Shown here piece by piece: positions 51,348 to 62,850 of a DNA stretch of 64,000 nucleotides. This DNA comes from Octopus sinensis. Its lineage: Eukaryota. A model generated the notes under the pieces. The model did not search any database. It was not told the origin of the DNA and was given only the letters and a program-made list of their open reading frames with translations. A program made the position numbers and the translations under genes. Every line of letters begins with the position of its first letter. Positions within the stretch are counted from its first letter, which is position 1. The stretch lies in the NCBI RefSeq assembly GCF_006345805.1, contig NC_042998.1, positions 46,314,001 through 46,378,000 of the forward strand. Reading direction: 5' to 3'.

Positions 51348-52628
51348 TGTATGTATGTATGTATGTATGTATGTATGTATGTATGTTTGTATGTATGTAT
51401 GTGTGTATCTATGTTTGTGTGTCTGTGTTTGTCCCCCCAACATCGCTGGTGGCATGTTTAGTCCCCGGTAACTTCGCGGTTCGGCAAAAGAGACCGATAG
51501 GATAAGTACTAGGCTTCCAAAGAATAAGTCCTGGGGTCGATTTGCTCGACTAAAGGCGGTGCTCCAGCATGGTCGCAGTCACATGACAGAAACAATTAAA
51601 AAAGTAAAAGAGATAAAAGAGAAATCCTTTTATTTATACGACGGGCTTCATTTCATCCCTGCCTATCAAATCCACTCACACGGCTGTGGTTGGCCCGGGG
51701 CTATAGTGGAAGACACTTGCCGCAATGGGACAGGACCTAAACTACATGGTTTGGAAGCAAGCTTCTCAACCACACAGCTACACCTGCACAGATGTGTGTG
51801 TGTGTGTGAGTATGTGTGTGTGTGTGTGTGTGTGTGCGTGTATATCTGTGTGTATGTGTGTGTGCGCGTGTGTGTCTGCACGAGAAAAAAAAAACGACCA
51901 TCTTTGGTTTCAAGACGAAAGGTTTTCTTCCAACAGGATAATGCTCGGCCACATACAGCGAGGATGACATTCTAAAGGCTGGAGCAGTTTGAATGGGAAA
52001 CGATGCCCCACCCATCATATTCACCGGACATTACCCCATCTGATTATCATTTATTCCGCAGTCTTCAAAATGATTTGGACGGAAAAAATACGAATTCTGT
52101 AGACGAGGTCAGAACAGTACTAGAGGAGTATTTTTCATCAGGGACAAGTGAATTTTGGAAGAGGGGCCTTGCAAGTCTACCAGATAGATGGAATAGCATT
52201 GTAGAGTAAAAAAGAACTTTATCTTAATTATGAAAAATAAAAGAATCCAAGAAGTATAAAAAAACTGCATTATTTATATAGATAGATTGATGTATATAAT
52301 CCAACGCACGTTATTGAAATTATTCACTTCTTTTAGCTTAGATATAACTCAACATGATCAAGCAATGAATATTTAAAATACTCACACTCACCATCTCTGT
52401 TCATTTTCATTTCCAGACATTTCTTGAATCGGCACGCCTGACACTGGTTCCTTCTTGCAACGTCTACCACACACGATCCATTTTCTTTGCAAACGTAGTC
52501 GAGATTTCGACGGATGCTCCTCTTGAAGAAACCGCGACACCCATCGCAACTAAGAACACCGTAATGTTTGCCAGATGCTCGGTCACCACATACCAGACAC
52601 AGAGCATCAGTTTTCTTACATGGCGAAC
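33052..52628 (-). CDS. NR2E-family nuclear receptor (PNR-like/NR2E6-like); exons 52628-52392, 48945-48819, 45802-45261, 42319-41927, 36438-36268, 33293-33052; first coding exon not located
   Basis: C4 [40 protein letters not shown]...[13 protein letters not shown]-box [29 protein letters not shown]...[25 protein letters not shown] and [10 protein letters not shown]...[15 protein letters not shown]. All five introns are GT-AG and phase-consistent (1,2,1,1,1); 1712 coding nt seen. The NR2E family call is confident, the exact paralog less so. Confidence 0.93.
34020..34577 (-). mobile_element. ~560-bp non-coding interspersed element inserted in an (ATT)n microsatellite; related fragments at ~14940-15060 and 34940-35135
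   Basis: (ATT)n tracts at 33957-34019 and 34578-34631 flank it; internal sequence CTGACAAGCAAATCTGTGGTATTGAGCAGAATATTTGC recurs elsewhere; orientation is inferred. Confidence 0.6.
35230..35775 (+). mobile_element. Gypsy integrase fragment, same family as 23590-24075
   Basis: [25 protein letters not shown]...[13 protein letters not shown]...VERFHRQ*KAS; high nucleotide similarity to the upstream copy. Confidence 0.9.
36268..36438 (-). CDS. NR2E LBD exon (ASLLTANGW...[13 protein letters not shown])
   Basis: tattgtag|CC TCA TTA ... CGT CCA G|gtaagg; 171 nt. Confidence 0.9.
38743..39145. repeat. Two identical ~151-bp units, each flanked by (CTAT)/(CCAT)n; period ~252 bp
   Basis: AATACACGATCCCTATTGATCGG...ACCAATAAAGAAA at 38743-38893 and 38995-39145. 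Confidence 0.93.
40417..40963 (-). mobile_element. Internally deleted Tc1/mariner-type transposon with ~130-bp TIRs and a transposase N-terminus
   Basis: ORF 40523-40732 [28 protein letters not shown]... (HTH-like); the ends CAGTGTTATGCAAAAAGAAAG and CTTCTTTTTGAATAACCCTG are inverted. Confidence 0.7.
41111..41327. mobile_element. Mariner-type MITE with TA target duplication
   Basis: TA|CGAGGATTACTGAAAAGTTCCCGGCTTT ... AAAGCCAGGAACTTTTCAATACCTTCTCG|TA. Confidence 0.75.
41927..42319 (-). CDS. NR2E hinge/LBD helix 3-5 exon
   Basis: tatttag|AA TCT TCT GGA ... GAC ATT G|gtaagt; 393 nt; [24 protein letters not shown]. Confidence 0.93.
43500..44494 (-). mobile_element. L1/Tx1-like LINE 3' fragment (zf-RVT region plus 3' UTR)
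   Basis: [15 protein letters not shown]...[18 protein letters not shown] (CCHC zf-RVT); bordered by (AG)n on both sides. Confidence 0.8.
45261..45802 (-). CDS. NR2E hinge exon with poly-His and poly-Gly tracts
   Basis: (t)n gttatttgtag|A TTG GAT TAT ... AGT ACA G|gtaaat; 542 nt, open and phase-consistent with both neighbours. Confidence 0.85.
48819..48945 (-). CDS. NR2E T/A-box exon (AVQHERAPR…)
   Basis: aattccag|CC GTT CAA CAT GAA AGG GCT CCA AGA ... CCA AG|gttttt; 127 nt. Confidence 0.88.
49340..50660 (-). mobile_element. R4/Dong-like non-LTR retrotransposon RT fragment
   Basis: [36 protein letters not shown] and [13 protein letters not shown] (catalytic DD mutated to ND). Confidence 0.8.
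51885..52209 (+). mobile_element. Mariner transposase C-terminal fragment
   Basis: [12 protein letters not shown] ... [21 protein letters not shown] ... LPDRW (mariner YSPDLAPxD motif). Confidence 0.85.
52392..52628 (-). CDS. NR2E DNA-binding-domain exon containing both C4 zinc fingers (absent from the ORF track)
   Basis: gaaatag|GT TCG CCA TGT ... AGA GAT G|gtgagt; 237 nt; [78 protein letters not shown]. Confidence 0.95.
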
Positions 52629-52732
52629 CTATTTCAATAATAGTAGTAATGATAATAATAATGATAATAATAACAACTGCAGCAACAACAACAACAACAA
52701 CAACAACAGCAACAACAACAACAACAACAACA

Positions 52733-52772
<40 letters not shown>

Positions 52773-52959
52773 TCTTTTTACTTTAGGAACAGTACCTGAA
52801 CTTTTTGGGGGAGGGGTTAATCGATTACGTCGACCCCAGTCCTCAACTGGTACTTATTTTATCGAGGATGAAAGGTAAAGTCGATCTCGGTGGGATCTGA
52901 ACTCAGAACGTAAAGTCGGATCGCTGAACATTTTGTCCCGCGTGCCAGCTCGTCGCCTT

Positions 52960-53056
52960 ACTACTATTACTACTACTACTACTACTACTAACTGCTGCTG
53001 CTGCTGCTACCACCACCACCACCACCACCACCACCACCACCACTACTACAACAACA

Positions 53057-53095
<39 letters not shown>

Positions 53096-53295
53096 GCTGC
53101 TGCTGCTACCACCACCACTACTACTACACCACCACCACCACCACCACCACCACCACTACTACTACTACCACCACCACCACCACCACCACCACCACCACCA
53201 CAACCACCACCACCACCACCACAACCACTACTACTACCACTACCACCACCACCACCACCACTACCACCACCACCACCACTACCACCACCACCAAC

Positions 53296-53346
<51 letters not shown>
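52960..53346. repeat. Compound trinucleotide tract (ACT/GCT/ACC/ACA)
   Basis: About 390 bp of in-register mixed triplets. Confidence 0.95.
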
Positions 53347-53347
<1 letters not shown>

Positions 53348-54850
53348 AGAATAATTTCAAATTTCGGCGGAGGGGCCAAGACGATAACATCGGCCCCAGT
53401 ATTCAACTGATACTTGTTTTATCGACCTTGAAAGGATGAAAGCCAAAATAACAATACTTCTTGATAATATTTCTGAGCTGGAACCACTCCTTTAAATTTC
53501 AGGCATTGCGCCTATAGTAGAAAGGATTATTATTATAAAAACAATAGTGTCTTAGGTAATGATCAATACTAGGAAGTTTTATAGTAGGAAAATGGGAAAG
53601 TGTTATCTTTATAGTTTTCACAAGAGCAGGTTGTATAATGAAGACAAATTACACACTCTTTACTCTTTGCTCTTTTACTTGTTTCAGTCATGTGACTGAG
53701 GCCATGCTGGAGCACCGCCTTTAGTCGACCATATCGCCCCCAGGACTTATCCTTTGTAAGCCTAGTACTTATGTTATCGTTCTCTTTTGCCGAACAGCTA
53801 AGTTACAGGGACGTGAAGCGATGTTGGGGAGACAAACACAGACACACAAACACACACACATATATATACATATATATATATACGACGGGCTTCTTTCAGT
53901 TTCCGTCTACCAAATCCATTCACAAGGCTTTGGTTGGCCCGAGGCTATAGTAGAAGACACTTGCCCAAGGTGCAACGCAGTGGGACTGAACCCGAAACCA
54001 TGTGGTTCATAAGCAAGCTACTTGCCACACAGCCACTCCTAACGACGATGAAACAGAGGGAAATGCGAAACTATTAATCTCTGCCAAAATATAAAATAGA
54101 TTACAGAAACCAATTGAAGAGTTCTAAACAGTTAAATATTTTGTCGCAAAATGCTTTTTAGTCTCACTGCGGAGACTCAATTTAGTGAAAACCTATTAAG
54201 GTATAAGAAAACTGTCATTTGTATACAAAATGTTTGACAGTCTCCTCCGCATCTTCAGAGCTCGCTTTTGTGTGCATATTAAATATTATGTTCTTATCTC
54301 TTGTTAGTTCAGCTCTGCCCGTATATTGGTTTCAAATTTTGGCACAAAATCAGCAATTTCAAAGAGGCGATAAGTCGTTTACACCGACTCCAGCAGTCTT
54401 ATTTTATCGAAAGGATGAAAGGCAAAATAGACCTCAGCAGAATTTGAACTCAGAACGTAAAGACGGACGAAATGCTGCTAAGCATTTTGCCCGGCGTGCA
54501 AACGATTCTGCCAGCTCGCCGTCTTACTTCTGCCCATTTATTGACATGCATGGATATAATCTTACATATTATCTGATAGTTGATAACCGTTACCTATCAT
54601 CATATCAAGGAAATTTTCTACAATATATATATAAAAAAAAAAAAAATACCAGTGAACGGAAGCTTCCTAATAATTTATATATTTTGTCAGTAAATTCGAT
54701 TTTGTTACACCGATGAAGTTATTGATACAGTCGATATCTTCTAAGGCATGAGAGATCAGTTATTTCTCTCTATGCAACTTCACAGATCTACATTGAGGTC
54801 TTCGATCAATGCATACATACATACATACATACATACATACATACATACAT

Positions 54851-54938
<88 letters not shown>

Positions 54939-55038
54939 TAATCCAAATATGAAAACACCAAGAGAAAAAACACAACAACGCGAGGACGTGGAACAAATAT
55001 AGTATTATTGGACGCTCAGGAAGGAGGGAAGAAGGAGA

Positions 55039-55073
55039 GTTTTACGTTTCGAGCGGAGCTCTTCGTCAGAAAC
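55039..55073 (-). ncRNA. Minimal type I hammerhead ribozyme motif
   Basis: Minus strand GTTT-CTGACGA-A-GAGC(TCC)GCTC-GAAAC-GTA-AAAC; core and stems intact. Confidence 0.7.
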
Positions 55074-55208
55074 ATAGGAAAAGGAAAGATCCAGAGAAGG
55101 GAAGACGGAGGAAAAAAAAATCGCCAACGGTACACACGCAGTCACATAAATGTACATATTTACATATGTATACATATATTATACATGTATGTATGAATGT
55201 ACTTATAA

Positions 55209-55270
<62 letters not shown>

Positions 55271-58172
55271 GTGCGCGTTCGTCCTTATAAATGTCTGAAA
55301 AATACTTGATGTTCAAGATTTATGTTCAAACAGTTAGTAAGAGTTAGCAACTCGAAAAATTTCGAGTACAAATATGAATTTATTACTAGAATGGAAAATG
55401 CAGACGCAAAATCCTGGAATATTCTTAAGTATTGAACCTGGAAAAACAATAATACAGATCAAGCAATAATTAAGCCTGGAAAAGCACAGTACGAGAAGAG
55501 AAAAGAAATTAAACTATTGCTGCTGAAGTTAGAATTTAAAAACTTAAATAGTAATAAATAACCTTTTGTATTTTTTATTTTTAGATAAAAGTTTGAATTA
55601 AAATACTCAAGAAGCCGTTTATTTTCAATTTTTGTGAAAGCACTAATTGTCAGCAAGTTTACACATTAAAATTTTGATATTACATATATGCATGTTTAAA
55701 AAGTTACATAAGAGCAATTTATTTTTGTAACTGTAAATGCAAAAATATATTATCCGATAATTCAAACTTTAAAGAAATTAATTCTTCTGTTTCTTAAAAT
55801 TTATTTTTTTAGAATATCTTACTCTTTTGAATTGCATGTAGTCTACATGAGTCTAATTTTATAATACAATATATATGATTTAAAATTTTTGGATAATAAG
55901 TTTTGTTAAGATAATAAAAATTTAACAAAAGATATAATACTAAAAATAAAACGGAAATGTTTAATACAGCTTAATAGAAAGTTTAATACAAAGAAATTAT
56001 TAAATCAAAAATATTGACTTAAATTGAAAAAATTTGTAATAAAAAGCAAAAAAAAAAGGACATATAGAAAACAAAACAGTGCACACAGTATTTTTGATGA
56101 AGAATTTCAGAAATTTGTTTAGCAAATTCTAAATTCAGCAACAATATTTTAAGTTTCTTTTCTTCTTGCTCTATACTTTTCCAGACTTAATTACTGCTTG
56201 TTCTGTACTTTTCTATGCTCAATACTTCAGAACATTCTATGATTGCGAGCTCGCATTTTTCATTCTAGTCCACTTTTTTTCCAGACAACGCTTCTATTAT
56301 TATAATTAATTATATTTACCTTTATAATTGAAAAAAAAAATGATACTGTTGAAAATATCATTAAATAAAGATTTTGTTTAAACTTAGAAATTTTGTTTGC
56401 ACATAAAATAATAAAAGATTAATAGCAGCATATCTGTTACAAATAAACATATTTTAAAACAATTTTTATTATAAAATGTTATATTCATATTAAATGATTA
56501 ATAATTAGTTTTTTTAATAAGTAGAATATTTTATTTTAAAATGTTTTTAATGTGTTCATATTTTAATACATAAACAGAATAATAAAAATTAATATGAAAT
56601 CGTAAAAAAATCGTAACTGTTTTTATGGTTAATATTTTTAGACGGGCTTTTCCCCAAAATATTAATCTCGATGAACTCTTGCATTTGAGTTCAAATAATA
56701 TTATTTTACTCTTAAAAAAAAACAAAACAAATATTTTGATTTCTTAAAATTACCACCCTCTTACATCACTTAAAGCCGCACAACTGTTTTTTGTAGCTAA
56801 TATTTTTGACAAGGTTTTCACTGTAAGATTCTTCTCATGGAGCTCTTTCACCTGAAGTAAACTGGAATGTAGAATTGCTATGAAAACAGTTTAGAAGATT
56901 GGCTAAATGCATTAGAAGATGCGGGGGCGGGGAGTGGTTAGCAAGTTGCTACTGAGCGTCGAATCCCATACTTCTCAAACCCTAGTCAAGCGTTCTGTAC
57001 CATTAAGCTAAACGATCCAGAACATCAGATAACGTCTTTTATAATGCTAAATATCCTTTTCTTCCCATTTGCGCCCTTTTAAAGCCAAGCCAGGCTCATG
57101 GGCCCGGTTTCCCGGTTTCAATGGCGTATGTGTTCCCCAGCTGGACGGGACGCCAGTCCATCGCAGCGTTACACATTTTTGCCAGCTGAGTGGACTGGAG
57201 CAACGTGAAATGAAGTGTTTTGCACAAGAACACAACGCGTCGTCCGGTCCAGGAATCGAAACCACGATCTTACGATCATGATCCTGACACCCTAACCACT
57301 AAGCTACGCGCCTCCACGCTAAATATCTTAAAATGACAAAAATATTTTTATTTGTTGAAATGATCTTTTTTCCGTCATTTAAATCCACATCACTTTTTTG
57401 TAGCTAACATTTTATTACGAGGTTGTCACCATAACATTCATGACACAGAGCTCTTTCCTTTGAACACAACTATTGAATAGTTTTCTATTACAATAGCTGA
57501 GATATTTGGATTCAAAGTCAGTTTTGGGGGTTACTCACTATTTTTTAGTCATTTAAAACCACACTACTTTTTTTTTCTAGCTAATATGAAGTTTTCCTCC
57601 AAAACATTCTTCTCAATGAACATATTCTTTAAAACCCAGTTAATCTATACTTTCCTCTTAAAATAGCTGATATATTTTGATTCAAAGTCAATGTTTCGCC
57701 TTACATTCTCATTTTTGACCTCACATATTTTTACCCAGCTTTTTTTTTTGTTAATGAATCAAAATTCTACCATTTTATCTAAAAATGTAGCTGAAGATTG
57801 GACCAGCAATACTAAAAAAAAACAAAAAACAAAAAAAAAAAACTGTAGTTGAGAACTGAATTTAGAAGTGCTCGTGAGTTACTAAAAGTTGACCTGAAGA
57901 ATATATTCACCCACTGCCGTGGGCGAATGATTATAGTATTGAAGCTGTAGAAGGTAAGAAACGTTTGTTCATAAATATTCTCATTCTCACTGATTGTATA
58001 TGTATGTATGAGGGACTAAACATGTGTGTGTGTGGTGTGTGTGTGTGTGTGTGTATGTGTGTGTGTGTGTGTATGTGTGTGTATATGTATGTATATATGT
58101 GTGTGTGTGTGTGTATAATATTAAGTATGTTACAGAAAGTATGGGCTATTTACGGAGTGCTCATACAAAGTC

Positions 58173-58890
58173 AATTTCTTTATTAACCATGAGGTTGAGA
58201 AAAAGAGGGGACGATACGAGGACAAACAAAACAAACGTTGGGGTCAGGGTATCGAATGAGACGAAACGTATGAATAAACAAACAATTAAATATATATAAT
58301 TAAATGAGAATGAGTGATTTACAAAAAATGAAGCGGAGGACTCGGTCGACCCCACTAACCACATACTCACACTGAAGACTTTGCTTTCTCCTTTTTATAT
58401 TCTCGTTTAAACAGGTTCTTTCACTTGCAACATACTTGCTATAGACTTCCATCTTTTACGAAACACACTTTGCGACAGGCATTTCTTCTCCAGCCTTATT
58501 TTCCGTTTCATGTGGAAAACGAAAAAGTCGATTAGCTCGAGACTGGAAATTCATTGGAGAGACTGGTGACTGAGCCCACAGTCACCTTGGGGCATTGCAC
58601 AATCGCGTGCAAGACAGTTTCATTGTTCTGCTCACATCTTGCACAAACCGGCGAAGGCGCACACCCATGTCTAAAGGGCTTATCTCGAACCGGTAAAGCT
58701 CCTCTGTAACATTGCCAGGCCAGGGACTTTTGGTAATTATCCATAGGCCCCGGCCCTAATGTTTTTTGGAACAGGTTGGCCAGTTAATCTTCGTCGAAGC
58801 CTAGGGTTTCTCCCAGGATGTCGTTACACTTAAACTCTACTAACCCTCTATAGAAGAACGAGGTAGTACCCCCGCCACCGGCGTTGCCCG
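58173..58890 (-). mobile_element. Second copy of the Tx1-like LINE 3' fragment, with an internal deletion
   Basis: Highly similar to 43500-44380; ~200 bp missing near 58550-58580 and replaced by a short unrelated filler. Confidence 0.85.
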
Positions 58891-59640
58891 ATAGGCAGTC
58901 AAACAAATTCCAGAACACAAAAATGAAGATATTCAATCAATGTAATTGAATCATATATATATATACACACATCAGCATTAATGATGCATGTACAGATGTA
59001 AAGAATCTCCAAGGGTATAAAGAATAAAGCCAAACATACATAAAAATATAGAAGAAATATAAAAACATATTAAAATACATATAAAATTACATATAAATAA
59101 AGATTACATGTAAAGAGTTATGCGTGATAATTATATGAGGCGCAAAACGAATGAGAGGTTAATAAATATAGGAATAAAAACGTCAACTTTCAAAATGAGA
59201 AACCGTCTAAATCGTCAAAAATTACATGTATATCTAGGATATAAGACAGAAATTACGCAAGATATCAAGGTTAAGAAAAATAAATAAAATAGGATCCGAA
59301 AATAGGAGGGTGTTCCACCTGCGGCCGTTTCAGGGGTACATAACCGGTCCGGGTTAAAAATTAAATACCCCATATTTGTAATGTCCTCATCATCTCATTC
59401 GTTTTGCGCCTCCTATATTTATCACGCATAACTCTTTACGTGTAATATTTATTTATATGTAATTTTATATGTATTTTTATATTTTTATATTTCTTCTATA
59501 TTTTTTGTATGTTTCGTTTTATTCTTTATACTCTTGGAGAATCTGTACGCCTGTACCTGCATGATTTATGTTGATGTGTATAAATATATATGATTCAATT
59601 ACATTCATGTATGCGTGCTGGAATCTGTTTGACTGTCTAT
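58891..59640. mobile_element. Foldback element with ~260-bp diverged inverted arms
   Basis: 58891-59157 is the reverse complement of ~59391-59640 (e.g. AAAGAGTTATGCGTGATAA / TTATCACGCATAACTCTTT). Confidence 0.75.
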
Positions 59641-59677
59641 GACTTGCGTTTTCAATCTCCTCTACTCTTTATATATA

Positions 59678-59750
<73 letters not shown>

Positions 59751-59756
<6 letters not shown>

Positions 59757-60723
59757 CAACAATTGAGGGTAAAATTAATTAATTATTAATCAATAATCGC
59801 TGGTGGAAAGGGGAGAGCAGAAATTCTTCGCTTGCATATTCGAATTTGATAGCACTTTTAGTTCGAGCAGAATTCTAGAGGTGATTAGAAGCCGAAAGGG
59901 TATGCTCCCGACTTTCAGTGTTCCCAAATCCGATTCAAGGAATTCTGAGCTGAAGAAAGAAATGTCGAATTGACTAATCTAGAAACGTACGTTCTCAAAT
60001 AACCTTTGCACTTGATTTTTTAATGTTTTTTCCCCCATACTTTTGTGAGTTAGTTTAGGCAAACACTATCTGAGAGAGATCTTCTTTAAGTATTAGAAAT
60101 AGCTGAAGAAATTTCTTTAGCTGCTATTTCTAATGAGTTCAGTATGTGGCAAAGTAATTTATTTTACTAAGCCCTTATATATAATGTAATATTTTGAATT
60201 CGCCTATAATGGTCCCTTTGCATACTGAATACTTGGAAATTGATTAATAATTAATAATTACCCCTCAATTGTTGAAATTATAATTCATCTCTCTCTGCTA
60301 AATTCTGCGTTAATACATGGTGTTTGTCAATTTTAACCCACGCTGGTGGAAAGGGGAGAGCAGAAATTCTTCGCTTGCATATTCGAATTTGATAGCACTT
60401 TTAGTTCGAGCAGAATTCTAGAGGTGATTAGAAGCCGAAAGGGTATGCTCCGACTTTCAGTGTTCCCAAATCCGATTCAAGGAATTCTGAGCTGAAGAAA
60501 GAAATGTCGAAGCTAATCTATAGAAACGTACGTTCTCAAATAACCTTTGCACTTGATTTTTTATGTTTTTTCCCCCATACTTTTGTGAGTTAGTTTAGGC
60601 AAAACAATATGATGAGAGAGATCTTCTTTAAGTATTAGAAATAGCTGAAGAAATTTCTTTAGCTGCTATTTCTAATGAGTTCAGTATGTGGCAAAGTAAT
60701 TTATTTTACTAAGCCCTTATATA
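59751..60723. repeat. TIR-bounded element (59751-60280) whose ~383-bp interior (59798-60180) is directly duplicated at 60342-60723
   Basis: TIRs TAATTTCAACAATTGAGGGTAA / TTACCCCTCAATTGTTGAAATTA; near-identical direct copies. Confidence 0.8.
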
Positions 60724-61427
60724 AAATATATATATATATATAGATATATATAATATATTATATATATATATATATATATACATACACACAATATATATAT
60801 AAAACGTCGCCCTTTTCAAGCCTAGCCAGGTTCATGGGGCCGGTTTCCCGGTTTCTGTGGCGTATGTGTTCCCCCCAGCTGGACGGGACGCCAGTCCATC
60901 GCGTTACTCAAGAAACAGGAAGAGAGAATGAGAGAAAGTTGTGGCGAAAGCGTACAACAGGGGTCGCCCCCACCCCCGTCGGAGCCTCGTGGAGCTTTTA
61001 GGTGTTTTCGCTCAATAAACACACACAACGCCCGGCTTGGGAATCGAAACCGCGATCCTCCGACCGCGAGTCCGCTGCCCTAACCACTGGGCCATTGCGC
61101 CTCCATTATATATATATATATATATAATACAAAATGGGACAAGAACGCAAAACATCAGACAACTAAGTGATACAAAAAGGGACAGTAAAACATCCAGATA
61201 GACGATACAAAATAACAAGGACGGGTCATTCGAAGCTTTTTATCCTCAGTCAAGAACCGGATCATCCTCGCAATTTCGGCTGATTAATCTTGAGATTGCT
61301 CCAATCTGGCCAGCCCCAAGGAAAGACCAAACTAAGAGCATTAGATTCCATGGAAAAAAGCATCGAATGTATACGAAAACAAGGACGGGAAAACAGACGA
61401 TGTAACACGAATATAAATACAAAAATA

Positions 61428-61477
<50 letters not shown>

Positions 61478-61492
61478 TTGCTGCTGCTGCTG

Positions 61493-61525
<33 letters not shown>

Positions 61526-61789
61526 AAATAATAATAATAATAGTAATAATAATAATAATAATAACAACAACAATAATAATAACAACAGAACATAACAACA
61601 GGTGTCTTTCGACTGGGGACGAATTGAATTCAGCTGGCGTGATGCAGATACACACACGTGCACACACAAACACATATATAAGTGTGTGTATATAAGTGTT
61701 TATGTCTGTATGTATGTATTTATATATGCATGTATATATGTATGTACTTGGATACCATCTTGTTTTGTTTATCTTTTTCAAATCTTAAG

Positions 61790-62850
61790 GTGTTGCAGAA
61801 TTTTATAGTGTTAGATATCGTGAACATTTCTAGTGCATAAATTAAAGAATTGCATTTTCTCCCTAAGAACCTAAGTTCAGCTATACTTTACTCCAGACTG
61901 ATTGGTTATATATCTTGCTGCTCCAATAATAATAGGTACGAAGCTGAAAGTGTATCTTGGATACTGAATTTGCAAACTCCTTATCAATGGTTTATAGACG
62001 TACTCGTTCTGTAGTATTTTTCTCATCACATCGGTGTCCAGAGTGCAGCTGATTTAACTTTGTGGCTGTTTTAATTATTAATTTCCACGGATATTCTTTT
62101 AACCCATTGGTTTCAATGTAGTCAACTTCGTCTGTAGGTGTTTTCTGTTTTGCTATCCTGTTCTAGACTGTTCTGGCCACTGCATCATGCCCCATGGGAA
62201 GATAATATCTGGAAGATATTCTCTCACAGTTGGCAATAATATGGTTCATGTATTCAGTGTTGGTCTTGCACAGCCTACATTTTTCTGTCAACATTTTCTG
62301 CCTCTTATCCCGTAGATGCTAGGAGAGGATCTCTTGTTCTTTAATTGAATGGAAGTAGCCTTCAAAGTAGGATGCCATAAACTTGTCGGTACTCCATGTC
62401 AAGTTTTTGGCACGAGTTATCCCTTCTCTGGTTTGACATTTTCGTGTCAAATACCCATGTGTTTTCTCAGTGAACTCATCTATTTTTTAAATTTTTCTCT
62501 CCTGATAAATAGCTTTTACAAATGCTCCTTGTGTAGAGATCGGAATCAGATCTTATTTCATACCTCTTTTCAAGTTCATTAGCTAACCCAACTATGTTGT
62601 TGATTTCATGGCCAGAAATTTGAGCACGATGGTTACTGGTCTTTTTCCTTTGCAGCAATCGTTGTTCCGGTGTCACAATATGTGCTTCATATGACATCAA
62701 TACAGATTTGAGAGCACGGTCACCGTACTTACGTGGAAAGTATAACCTGTCGACTTCTCCATTGATATTAAGTTGCCTGTAGCACTGAGTAGCTTGCGAG
62801 TTCGAACATCTATCTCACCGAGTTCTTGTAGTGACCAGTTCAGAAGGCCA
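61790..62850 (-). mobile_element. R4/Dong-like retrotransposon C-terminal relic (CCHC knuckle, RLE region)
   Basis: ELGEIDVRTRKLLSATGN and KCRLCKTNTEYMNHIIANCE...HDAVAR motifs, with stops and frameshifts. Confidence 0.65.

Noticed and set aside
52903-53406. Gly/Val-rich 167-aa ORF as an upstream NR2E exon
   Set aside because: It is made of a SINE plus a compound microsatellite and has no compatible splice sites.
61225-61262. CTGAGGA...CGAA motif on the minus strand as a hammerhead
   Set aside because: It has GAAT rather than GAAA and no convincing stems.
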